This document shows positions 37,701 through 49,985 of a stretch of 64,000 nt of DNA, piece after piece. Position 1 is the stretch's first letter. Each line of letters starts with the position of its first letter. This stretch comes from Vicugna vicugna (taxonomy: Eukaryota). The notes under the pieces were generated by a model. It was not told where the DNA came from, made no database searches, and saw nothing but the letters and a program-made list of their open reading frames with translations. The stretch lies in contig MU058463.1 in the NCBI GenBank assembly GCA_013265495.1, positions 2,689,523 through 2,753,522 of the forward strand, read 5' to 3'. The translations under genes and the position numbers were made by a program.

Positions 37701-38627
37701 AGCAAAGTATCAACCAGTCTGCCTTAAACACTCCCACACAGCAGCTAACAGAATCCCTCATTCCCAATTCAAATGGTCTTTTCAAATGCTGGATAAGCCT
37801 TTTTGCATGTTGACAATTTAAGAAATAGAAAAATATTTTAAACTGCATTTTTCTTTTAATTCAAAGTGAAAACAGCTTCATTGAGTCCCGTGGAAACATT
37901 TCTAAATATTGTCATGATTAAGAATACTATTTTATTCAACAGAAGAATGTTAATGAACAAACAGCACTGCTTTTAAAACCACACAACTGTTACCATCTGA
38001 GGCCCTATTTGAGGTACAGCAACTCACGCCACATCTACTCACTCATAGCTGACATTTGTAAAGTTCTTTATGACTCAGAGAGTGGCTTCATAGACATTTT
38101 CTGATTTCAAACTCGAAACGACTCTGAGAGCATGTTTCATCATTATACCTGCTTTACAGTTAAGGAAATCACAGCTCAAAGAAATGTAGCAAAATTGCTC
38201 AAGGCCATGCTGCTGCACTTGGCCTAGTATGAGTTGAATGCATATACCACCACATCTCCTGAGAACCCCAGGTGAAACAGATCCCTTCCTAGGTCTGAGA
38301 ATACACCAGTGAGAAAGAAAGGACCCTGGATAGTTCCCAGCCAAGCCTGACTCTCTGTGGTTGTAGTATTGCTGCTGTATTCAAGCTGGGAGGGCCAGGA
38401 GCAGACTGAACACCCCTAGTGTCCCCAGGTTTCTCTGTGTTGGTCCTAGAGCACCCAGGTGGCCGCTGGGGCCCAGAGCTCCAAGACTGCATTTGGCTAG
38501 GTCTAAGCCTGTGGATAGTACTGGCGACCATACCTGATCTCAACCTTGGTTGCCACAAGCTTGGGAACATGAAATTCTAAAGCACTTTCACACTTGCAGA
38601 AGGTCTAAGATGTTTCCCTAGGTCAAG

Positions 38628-38814
38628 CAGTGCTTCTCAAACATGGGCATGCATCAGAATCACCTGGAGGGCTTATAACTCAGTTTGCTGGGGCATTCAC
38701 CCCAGGGTTTCTGATCCAGTAGGTCTGGAGTGGGGACAGAGAATCGGCATTTCTTACCAGCTATCAGGTGATGGTGAGGCTGTTGGTCCGGGGACCACAC
38801 TTTGAGAACCACTG
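38628..38814. mobile_element. MER5A (hAT-Charlie), full length
   Basis: TIRs cagtgcttctcaaa / tttgagaaccactg, 187 bp, gcatcagaatcacctggag core. Confidence 0.9.
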
Positions 38815-40350
38815 TCTTAGAATCTCTCTTTCCCTCCTCAGTAAGCTCTCCTCCCTCCACGCATTCACTTTGATAAGAGTTGAAATGCTACTTTAGAAAT
38901 TAGATCTTGAGTACTTCTAAAAGTTAGGTTATTTCCTCTGGTCTGACATCTCAAGTTGCTCAATTACAAAGTGAGAGAAAACTACCTTGACTACAAGATT
39001 TCCACTGCCAATCAGTAGCCTCAGCCCTGTCATTATACAACTTTTAAGTTTTGAGCAAACAGGTATCTTGCTTTTGTCCTCTATATGTGTCCAGCCCAAC
39101 AGCTCACACAGATAAAATTATACTCATATTTGAAATAACCTAATAATTTTTACTTTAAAATGAATAATATAGATATAAAAATCAAAGTGAGTTCTTTCCT
39201 TATTGTGGAACTGACTGGCTACTGGCATAAAGTTACTGGTCTAAAAAAGTACAACAAGAAAAGGCCGAATCAGATCTCGAGTTCAAGCCTATTCATTCCC
39301 CTTACAGGTTTCCCCCAGGTACACTGCTCCACAACAATAACAATGGTAGACAAATACTGATGGGCTTTGGAAAGCCTGCTATAGAACTTGACAAGAAATA
39401 AAGTGATTCATCCACCCCTCCAGGTATCTATTTCAATGGTTCCATTAGTAACAGAATTTATCTTCTGGATGCATAATTGATAACAAAATAAAAATAAAAA
39501 TAGATCTTTAATCTAAGTATCTAAGTACAATACATATTATAGTACAGCAATCATTCCTGCAAAACTCTGGGGTGTGATTTCATTATGCCAAGTTTTAAAA
39601 TTCCCTTGAAGCTCATTGGCCAGGCTTTCAGCTAAGTTCAGTCTGAGACGTATCTGTGTTGTGTTTGAGGGTTAACTCCCTGTTCTGTAAGTAAGGGTCT
39701 CCTTCATTTATAAAAATAATCCTTTTAAGATAAATATATTATTACCCTTTAAAATAAATTACTTAAAACTCCAAACCTAAAAATGATAATTAGACAAAAA
39801 AAAAGACCTCAGCTGACAAAAAAGTCATTTAATAGTTTAGATTGGGGAAGCTGAGGAAAGGACTTCATGATGACTTGGCTTGCCTTCTCCTAAAGATAGA
39901 AACTTAAACAGTGTGGAGCTGCAGGTGGTTTACATGAGGAAACAGCCTGCATGGATAGCAAAGAGTTTTTTTTTACAGACCAGCAAAGGAAATGTAATTC
40001 TGTTTAATTCAGCTCAATGAGCATTAAGTGTCCACAGTGCATTTGGCAATATTTTAGTCACTGGGAATGCAAAAATGAGGAAGGCATTGCCTCCATCTTC
40101 AAGTGACTGAAAAAGTCATTCAGCAACGATTCAAACTGAAATGGTATCAGTTTCATGCTTAGACTTACATTGCCAAAATTCATTCAGCTAAACAAACTCG
40201 TAATGTTGGTCAGTTGGACTCAAGTCAACAAACACTTATTGAGTGTTGGGCACTTAGTACAAGGTAAGGGACGTGCAAGGAGCACATGATGAACAAGGCA
40301 TTGCACGTGCTCTCAGACTGTGATCCAGCCTCGTAAGAATAGCAGAAGGA

Positions 40351-40745
40351 CATTTGCAGTAACACGGATGGACTTGGAGCGCATTATGCTATGTAAAATC
40401 AGACAGAGATAGACAAACACTGTACGATACCACTTATATGTGGAATCTAAAAACTAGAACAAACTAGTGAATATAACAAAAAAGAAGAAGACTCATAGAT
40501 ACAGAGAACAAACTAGTGGTTACCAGTGGGGAAAGGGAAAGAGGGGAGGAAGAAGATACAGGGAGGGGATTAAGAGGCACAAACTATTAGGTATAAAATA
40601 AGCTATAAGGGTACATTGTACAACATGGGGAATACAGCCAATATTTTATAATAACTATAAATGGAATACAGCCTTTAAGAGTTGCTATATTTTAGACCCA
40701 TAACTTACATAATATTGTACATCAACTACACTTCAATAAAAAAAT
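40351..40745 (+). mobile_element. Truncated L1 3' end (L1MA-like) followed by a probable 3' transduction
   Basis: catttgcagtaacacggatggacttggag...cacttatatgtggaatctaaaa...tcaactacacttcaataaa. Confidence 0.9.
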
Positions 40746-43472
40746 GTTTATGGCAATACAAAAATATCTAGCTTTCAATAAGGTAAAATTAGATCTGCCA
40801 TCCCATCAAGGATAACCAAGCATGCAAAAAGGTAAGAAAACATGGACAAAAAAAAAGAAATGGCAGAAGAAAAAAGAAGGATAGAGTGAGTGTGTGGCAA
40901 ACATTCTGTTTAGGGAAGAATATGTGTAATTTCTAAGAAGTATATTTCATTAATAAAAACCATCTATTTCTTTCCTGCATCTGAGTTTGAGACCTGAGTT
41001 CATCAAAATCCCAAGGGCTTGAGCGTGGGGGCACTGGGAGCTATGTCTTATGATCATTTCACCTTCAGAAATAGGCCCAGCATTTTTTTTTTACTTTTGA
41101 ATATATTTTATTTGAAGATAACTACTACCTAATAATTCAAAATACTCTCTTCATTGACTTTGTCTCATAAATATTGGAAGAGAACAATAGCACCATGGGA
41201 AAAAATTGTCATATGACAAAGATAAAGGGAAAATTTTGGTCTGAAATTCTAGACCCAGAATATATTTTACCCAAGATTATCATCTGTAACTTGTTTCCCA
41301 CTTGAGGGCATGAATGTTGGCTCAAGTGGGAAACAAATGTTGACAAAACAGCTTTGATGTTAGGAAAAGAGGTATGATTGCTCAGATCACGTGAAACCAA
41401 GATGACCTGGGACAACACAGCTGACCCCTTCTTCCTCCATGTCCCTTATCTGCTAAATTCTGACCTTCAGCCAATGTGCCTGCGATACAGCATTCGATTT
41501 TTGACAGTTCTTCAAGATTCCTGAATGGAGAGACATTATTTTATCACCGAAGACCTGGAAATCAGCACCAATTCCAGCACATATGCTTCTCTTAGCAGCC
41601 GTTTGTTGAACACAAGCCTGGAGAACATCAACAAGTTTGGGGAGGTAGGAGACAAAGCCCAGTGAAGCATATTGTGTGGTGTCTGTACACCACGGTCCAA
41701 ATGTCCAAGTCTCTTACCATTCCATGCAACAGTGAGATTACCAATAGATACTGAAGGAAGAAAAGACAAGAAGATGGAAAATAGAAGTTATCATGAACTT
41801 CTTAAAAATACATAGACAAAAAAAGACTGGAAGGAATTGCACCAACATTTTAAATCTTTTTTATGCCGTAGGATTATGGGTGATAGTTTGCATATGTTTA
41901 AATGTTTCTCTATAACTTCCACTTTTCTGAATTCAGCATGTCTTAGCTTTGCAATAACTTCATGAGTTGCAAAATTAACTTTAGATGCCTTTTTTTCTTT
42001 TGGCCGCTAAAGGGATTAAAGGCAAATTTATAGAAACTATGGTGATTACCTAGGTTATTATTTGGCTGAGTTGTCTGAAGAAGTCATGTCAGTAAGTTGG
42101 ATAAAAAAGAAATGTGTTGAATATACACTAATTCTCTCTGCAAAAAATAATGCCAATTCCCGGTGTTTGTGTTTAGAATTATAATATCAGTGAAAGTAGT
42201 AATAAACAATAATTTTATATTTCTTTCCTAGAGTATAGATTAACCTTTTCCCCTTCTGCAAGAGATTATATAAAAGGAAACTCTAATTTAAATACAAAAT
42301 GAATAACATTTGCAAGTAAAACCTTAAAAACTCCTGGGGCTTATATTTCTTTAATGTTGGAAATATTTGTTGAAAGTTATATTTCCTGTTGTTTTATATT
42401 TAATGAATATGAGTTTGCCTCCAGAGTCTGATTTTTATATACTTTCCAGAAGCACTTCACAAAGCATCATAAGCAAATCTATTTTTAAATGCTTTGAACA
42501 TATTAATAATAATTAATGTTCTGTGTACACTTTTTGTAAGTAATGTTCAACCTCTGAAATTAACGTTGAAATGCATGTTTCTAAACTTCTAATTAGGCTT
42601 TTATTTAACTAAAATAGTAAGCTAAAACCTGATAAAAATCACAAAGGCTTTCAATATTATTCAAGGGAAGGGGTTTTATTTAAAGGGTCCGCTGTCTTAG
42701 TTTGTGGTTCCACAAATGTAGGGATTATTTTTGTCAGTACGTTCCGAGTGCTAGTGGAAAGGCTATATTAGGTACCGTCGAGAAAACAAAGCCTAATGAG
42801 GAATGAATACTGCTTGCGAGAAACTTGCAGTCTAATTGAGAAAAACAAGACATGAAAACACGCACATTTAAAGTATAAGACAAAGCGATAAAGACTACAA
42901 GAAAAGCACAAAGTGCTGTGGAAATAAGAGAAGGGGATAAGATACTATGTGTCATGTGAGCTAGGAGTGGAAGAGTTAGATGCAGATACGCAGAGGTGGG
43001 TACCGCAAGCATTACAGCTTTGAGCTCTTATCTATCGTATTACATTGTAACTACTGGTTTACATGACTAGCCTGAGCTCACTAGACAATGAACTCTGAAA
43101 GTCAGGGTCATGTCTTATCTCCTTCATAAATCCTCAGCTCCTAAGACAGTGACCGGAACATCACACTAACGTAATTGTTGAATGTTGAATGACTAGAATG
43201 AGAAAAAGTACAATGGTAAATTATGGAAGCTTTGGGGATGAACGGAAGCAGGGTATCGAGGGTAATGAATTCAGCTTGCTGGGCAACAGGAGCATGAAGA
43301 GGAGTGAGTGAGACTGACCGAGGAATGTGTGCTGGGGACGGCTACAAGTAGATCTGGAATACTGGGTTTGGTCTTTGTCCTATATGCAAAAGTGGACCTG
43401 ATGGAGAGAGGACACTGTCAATGCTGTGGGAAAGATTTAGCGGCAGAATGTGAGAAAGCCATTATCAGCCAT

Positions 43473-43818
43473 CGTCTCAGTCAGTTTGGGCTGTCATAAC
43501 AAAATACCATAGACTGAGAGACTTAAACCACAAACATTTATTTCTCATAGTTCTGGAGGATAGAGAGTCCAAGATCAATGGCCAGAAAATTCAGAGTCTG
43601 CTGGGAGCCCACTTCCCAGTTTATAGAGGACTGTCTTCTTGGTGTGCCCTTGGATGACAGAAGGGACAAGAGAGCTTTTGATGGATCTCTTTTCTTTTTC
43701 TAATTTCATTCATGAGGTCACTGCCCTCCACCTAATTATCTACCTAAGTCTCCGCCTCCAAATATCATCACATTGGGGGTTAAGATGCCAACAGATGAAT
43801 TTTGAGGGGACATAATAC
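43473..43818 (-). mobile_element. MaLR solo LTR (MLT1A-like) inside L2 sequence
   Basis: gtctcagtcagtttgggctgtcataacaaaataccatagactg...cacattgggggttaaga...tttgaggggaca. Confidence 0.85.
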
Positions 43819-44264
43819 ATGGTCAGAGATAATATGGGTCTGTAGTACAGTAGTGGTGGTAGAAATGGAAAGCAAGGGTGGGAGGTGAAGGAGATCTGCT
43901 ATGTGTAGAACCAATAATAGGTCATGCACTTGAGTGAATCTGGGGTTCACAAAAGGAAGTGAAATGAACATAACTGAGGTTCTCTAGCTCAGCAGCTGAG
44001 GAACAGCATTCCTGTAATTAAGTAGAAGAAGCAGACGTGTGTGAGAGGACTGGAGTACCTGTTTTAACTGTGCTTAGTGTAGAATGCCCACTTTACACAG
44101 CCAGCAAGTAGTTCAACAAGTGCGCAAATTCAGATTTTCTGCCTCCAGCTGAGTGATACGCACAAGACACGATGGTCTCCTTATCCTGAAACCCATGAAT
44201 GATTTGGCTTCTGTCTGAATGTCTGAAATAAATTTCACCTGCACTTTGAAATAAGTAGCTCATT

Positions 44265-44663
44265 GATGCGGACTGAATTGTGTGTCCCTAAAATTCATGT
44301 GTTGAAGCCCCTTTCCCAACGTGACTGTATTTGGAGATAGAGCTTTTAGGAAGTGATAAGGTTAAATGAGGTCATAAGAATGGAGTCCTAGTCCAATCGG
44401 ATTGGTGGTTTTATAAGAAGAGGAAGAGGTTCTCTCTCTCTCTCTCTCTCTCCCCACATATATGCCCTGAGGAATGGTCGTGTGAGGACACAATAAAGAA
44501 GGCAGCTACCTGCAAGCCAGCAGAGAGCCCTCACCAGACACTGACCATGCTGGTGCCCTGATCTCAGACTTCCAGCCTCCAGAACTGCGAGGAAATAGCT
44601 TTTTGGTATTTAAGACACTCCGTGTACAGTATTTTGCTATGGCGGCCCTAGATGACTAAGACA
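44265..44663 (+). mobile_element. MaLR solo LTR (MLT1A/B-like)
   Basis: tgatgcggactgaattgtgtgtccc...tatttggagatag...cagacttccagcctccagaactg...gactaagaca. Confidence 0.9.
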
Positions 44664-45621
44664 TACGTGTCTCTAAGCAGGGCAATAAAGAGTTGAACAA
44701 TTTTCAAGATGAATTGTCATTCCAACCCAAACTCTACTTTTCCTCTTAAATAGCAAGTGTGTTTTTCTTGTGAGTTTTTGTTTTTAATCTGAACAAACTA
44801 AATGCTCTCAAATCTTCCCGAGTCAATAGCCCATATGATCCCTGGGGTAGAGTCTGCATTTTGTCCACTATGGTGACTGGCGTACCAAAGGCACTTGAAA
44901 AATTTTTTTCTGAATGAACAACTGTTATTCATTTCACGGCCTGGGTGGTAGGACCAATAAATCTTCACCTGATTAGAAGTTCACTCTCCTCAGAAACTCA
45001 GGTGACGTCAACCTAGGGAATATGTGACGTGTGATTTTTCTTCAAATCCATTGTATTCACCCTACTTTCTAGAATCAACCAATAGCATGAAATAAGCAGT
45101 ACAGAAGTGGGTTTATGCCGCCCCCTAACACGTCTGGAATAGAAGCCTCATTTTACAGAACTTCTTTGGCCCATTTAGAGGGAAAAAAATGACTATGTAT
45201 AAATTGCCCAAATGGAGAAAATTATTAAGCTATTCAGCACAGCAAATGAAAATCTTACTTCTATCTCTATATATCAAAGGAGAAGTGAAGTAAGGTATAA
45301 ATAATTTTATGTTATGTCGAGAACAAAACTAACACTTGTTTAGAATTTATTTTTCTCTTTGGTTTGTCTGTAAAAGGATATGACTGGCTGTACAATAATG
45401 CCACATTACAATCATCAACCACTGTGCACAGCATGATTACTTCAACCCCACTGGCACGACCCAGTGGTTAATCCTCACACCAGGGGCCTGCCTTCTGCTC
45501 ATCTCACCTTCCTCTTCAGACCTGTCCTAATGATCAAAACATGGCAATTCCAGCTTTCTTCACATTAGTCAGAAACAGTTAACACCATTAGGAAATTGCA
45601 AAAATAAAATCTTAAAATTAA

Positions 45622-45716
45622 AGGGTATAGCTCAGTGGTAGAGCACATGCTTAGCATACACGAGGTCCTGGGTTCAATTCCCAGTATCTCCATTAAAAAA
45701 TATAAAAAATAAAATA
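45622..45716 (+). mobile_element. tRNA-Ala(AGC)-derived SINE (camelid vic-1 type) with A-rich tail
   Basis: gggtatagctcagtggtagagcacatgcttagcatacacgaggtcctgggttcaattcccagtatctcca plus A-rich tail. Confidence 0.9.
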
Positions 45717-47233
45717 GAGTGTGTAAAGTGTGTGACAGCAGAAATGTACTAAGAGCATCAAAATGGCCCAGCTTTGGAAGGTAATTTTCACAAGGAAAAA
45801 TCAGGGAGAAGGCACAATTCACTTTGACTTCTCAGAATATCACACTGATGATTGGCCCAGAGCCCGACGGCTCTGCTGTTCGTGAGTGTTTATCTGGAAT
45901 CAGTCCCTGGGAGGGGTGTCCTGTGGCAGATCAGTGGCACAACTCTGTGCTGGGAACTCACAGGCCATTACTGACTCAATGTCTGTTCATTTTAGATGGT
46001 TTCTATGGAGGATTTATAGAAACCATACCAAGGTAGCACCAAGGTGGCTATCAGTTCTGCTTACAGTTCAGAGGGATAAACCTGCAGTTAAGCCTGGGCT
46101 GGCTCCCCTTGTGGTCCCGGGGCACAGTGCTGTGATCCTGCTGTGACAGGTTTCACCCTAAACTGCTCCACAGGGGCCAGTCATTGGTGTCCAGGTTCAG
46201 ATTGGATTGCTATGTGTTTAGGAATGTAGGGGTCATCTCACATCTGCTCCTCTCAGACGATGAAGTCCTCCATTACAGGAAATCTAATGTATATATTACC
46301 TTTTATTATAAAGAAAATGCTCAGAGTCTACTCTTATGGACACATGCGCAGATATATTCCCCATCTTGTCTTTCATCACCATGAGGAGAACGGTAATGTG
46401 AAAATGCAAAACACTTTTTTGAGAATGGCAATTAAATATTTACCAGCAATGTATCATGGAGCACTGGCTTTAGGAGCTGAAAAGGGGAGACAGGAGGGAA
46501 TTGAATGGATGAAGAAGTCTGACAATTAGTTCTGCTGCCTTCTAGTAATATCATGACATGATGGTGACCTTTCTCTGGAAGCCAAGAAAGCCTACCGTCC
46601 CACGCAAGTGATGCGTGGACCCAAGTGAGGTCCCAGGAGGAAACACTCTCTTCCTAAACTCCTGAGCTTCTTTTCAAAATCACCAAAGAAGCCTTAAAAC
46701 CACTGACAGCAAAATGTACTTATTAATGGATAATCCACACATGGGGCGAGGTTACCCTCTGGATAGTTGAAACCTGGGACACACAACACTCCAGTTGAAA
46801 GAGTAATAAGCATTTCACAGTCAGATGCTGTAAGTGAATAAATGCCTTTCAAGCCTGTGCTTCAGCCTTTCTGTGACTCACAGAGAAAAAAATATCTACG
46901 TAAAGGAGGCCAACAGGAGAAAATTATCTAAGCCAAAAAGCATGTGAGGTTAGAAAATGAAGAACAAAATAGTAAAAAATAAATTATGATTGTGAATGGA
47001 GAAGGAATATGATGGACAATGAGAGAATCAATAAGGAAAAAACACAATTTGGATGTATTAAAAAGTAAGAGAGGGAAGTAAGAAGAAAGCGACGCTAAGA
47101 AGGAAGGTGGGGGAGGGGCGTGGAGAAAGAAGAGAGACTTTCCACTTCAGAAGAGGAAATGATTTGCTTTCAGATGTGTAAAAACTGTAGAAGAATGTGG
47201 ACTTGAGCCCAGTACTAAGGAAGATGTCAACTA

Positions 47234-47235
<2 letters not shown>

Positions 47236-47270
<35 letters not shown>
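47236..47270. repeat. (AC)n microsatellite, about 17 units
   Basis: Directly visible. Confidence 0.97.
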
Positions 47271-47271
<1 letters not shown>

Positions 47272-47340
47272 CAATTTCTCTGGCATCCAAAACATAGCTC
47301 CTGGCTCTTAGCCATGGAAACGAATCTCAGAGGGGGTCCC

Positions 47341-47683
47341 TGTATGAGTTGAATTGTGTCCTGAAAAAAGATATGTTGGACTTCCAACCCCTAATACCGT
47401 AGAATGTGACTCTACTTGGAGATAGTTCCCTATAAAAAGGGAAACTTTGGACACAGAGTAAGATGCACACATAGGAGATGCTATAAAGAGACAGGGGGAG
47501 GAGATGGTCAACTACACCCCCCCAAGAAAAGAGGCTTAGAACCGGCCCCTCCTTAAAACCCCTCAAAAGGAACCAATCCTGCTGACACCTTGACTTTGGA
47601 CTTCCAGCCTCCGGAACCACAGGACAATGAATTTCTGTTGTTTAAGCAACCCAGTTTGTTATGGCAGCCCCGGCAAACGAACA
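47341..47683 (+). mobile_element. MaLR solo LTR (MLT1B/C-like)
   Basis: tgtatgagttgaattgtgtcc...ctgctgacaccttgactttggacttccagcctcc...tgttatggcagccc. Confidence 0.85.
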
Positions 47684-47689
47684 TAGTCC

Positions 47690-49510
47690 CACAGCTGGGG
47701 GGCTGGCTCTCGGCTGGTAGATACGTCAGCACCCCTCCCCCAGCCTTCCAGATGCCTCAGACGTTCCTTCAGGAGATTCCTTAAGACGAACCTCAGGGCT
47801 GCTCAAAATGCACTTCGTTCTGCACAGCAGCCTGTGAATTCTCTGTTCTTCACATGCCTGTGGATTTCAAGCAGCACATCCCCCCCTGGCAAGAGCTTCT
47901 GACTTGCTGTCTTCAGGCCCTATAATGTCCCAAATCTCCTGGGACACAACAGCTTCCTAGAGTCTCAGAAGTATGACCTAACACCAGGATCCAGGGACGC
48001 TTTGCACGGCCTTGCCCACAAGGTCTACAGCCACCAGCCAAAAAGCCGTCTTCATGCGTGTGCAGGTTCGAGAGTATCAGCAGGTCTACTGGTGACTTTG
48101 CATCCTTTCCAAACACACCAGCACAACCAGCGAACGGGCTCCGGGGTTCTTGGTTTGGGCCAACCCCGAATCCTCACATGCTACTGCTTTGTATTCTGAC
48201 TCGCAGGGACCTGTTCTCCCCTCCGCCACCCCAGCACCAGCCACCTCTTTGCTAGTATGTTTCCACTGTGATTTCAGAGAAGGACCTAAAAGATGTGCTT
48301 CTCTGCCTGGCAGGGACCTTAGTGGCTGCTGCCAATGACGAGACTGGAGACACGGACCATAATGCAAGGCCTTTCTGTCCTTTGTCCCTGAGAATAGTTC
48401 GGTGAGAAAAGGCATAAATAAGATGTGTGACCTTGAGACTATCAACCTCACCCTCCAGAAACTTGAGGGGAGGGTGCTCTAGAAAGTCTCTAGATCCCTT
48501 CTCTGATAATTATATCTCTGGGATCCTGCGGGGTTCCTCTGTCTGAACTCCCAGTGCTCTGCGGGCTTGGAGCCATTCCCAGAGCGAGCCTGTCTCGGTC
48601 CCGGCTGGCTACATCCACAGTTTCTCCAAGGTGAAGGCCTCAGAGTAAGTGCTCTCCTAGCCCTCTCGGAGTCTCTCTTACAAGTAAAGAGAATGAACAC
48701 TCTATCCCCTGCGTGAAACCCTAGCACATTCGTGGTTTAAGCGGATTCTTTTCACCACCAGAAAGCTCTGTTACGTAATGTAACTATTAGGCCAGGCAGA
48801 GCTTCATCTGGTGATAAATGATAGGTCACACAAAGTTCATGGCCAATTCCAGAAGTCGCACATCGATCCTGGCAGGAGCGCACACATAGGAAAGGACGCA
48901 GGAGACATCGATAACCAGGTTTGGGCCTGATAATTATTGTTGGCTTAGGACTAGTTACTGCCGTCCTCTCTCTTTCTGCTGATTTAGTAAAGAGCAACTA
49001 ATAACACTGAGGGGTCAAATGTACAAACCAAACGACACTCTTTTCCCAGACACGTAATGCAGTTTCTAATGAGCTAATAAATGCCATGCATGTGTGTGTG
49101 CGCGCCTGTGTGTGTGGTATTGGGTGTGCGCTTAACCCAAGGAAATTAAACTTGCTAGGTGGCAGGGGAGTCAGCTACAACGTTTTCTTTTCTTTCTACT
49201 AAATCACAGACCTACCATAAGGCTTCTTTGAAACCCTGCGATCGGGCGGAAGCAGCTAAAGCAGTCCCCTTCTGGCTGCACTTTGAATCTTCTTAAAACC
49301 GAATTCAAAGTATTGTCATTCTTTTGTAGACACAAGTCTATAAACTCATTCTCCAGACAGAAGGTTTGAAACAAAACATGGGGACTTCTGAGACATGCAG
49401 GTCTCCTTAGTAATTAAGATAAAATAAGGGTTCCCACGCGGGCTCGCTGTTACAGATCTGGGAAACAGTCGATACTTCACTGGGCTGAAGCCCCATCCGG
49501 GCCATTGAGT
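47690..49510. promoter_or_regulatory. CpG-enriched non-repeat region with clustered GATA sites and a CTCF-like motif; candidate enhancer or weak promoter
   Basis: Visibly more CpG than the rest of the window; tgataa/tgatag at about 48503, 48812, 48820, 48928; ttgctaggtggcag at about 49152. Confidence 0.45.
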
Positions 49511-49842
49511 TGAAAACTGCTGTATTATTATGCTTTGATGTCTACAGCTTAGTAGCACAAAGCTGGTCTCTGAGCACTTACTCTCTATAAAGAAACTCCA
49601 AATGTTTGGCCTTTGGGCTGTAAATATTGTGTCACCATTGATTTTTAACATATAAAGTGTATTTTCCTGAATGTCAAGTATTTTCAAAGTGCAGGGCCTC
49701 CCAAGAGCATCAAGTGAAGGGAATTAAAGATGGTTTAAAAAGCTCAAGCTACAGCAATTGAGGAGGAAAGGCAGGGGAAGGAAGAAATAAAAGGGAGAAA
49801 TGAATGAGAACCAAATTCCAAGTACTGTGTTCTCTTCCATGG

Positions 49843-49985
49843 GTTAGTTTTCCAATGTTACATGAAAATGTATCTCATTGTCACTGAAGACATGGTAACA
49901 TCAGTATTACCAGTTAGTTTTCCAATGTTACATGAAAATGTATCTCATTGTCACTGAAGACATGGTAACATCAGTATTACCAGTT
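49843..49985. repeat. Perfect 70-bp tandem duplication
   Basis: 49843-49912 is identical to 49913-49982, with gtt microhomology at 49983-49985. Confidence 0.97.

Noticed and set aside
45622..45692. Functional tRNA-Ala gene
   Set aside because: Mismatched acceptor and anticodon stems, an A-rich tail instead of a T-run terminator, and a second decayed copy in the window indicate a SINE.
49843..49985. CRISPR-like or array repeat
   Set aside because: Two adjacent copies with no spacer, in mammalian DNA; a simple tandem duplication.
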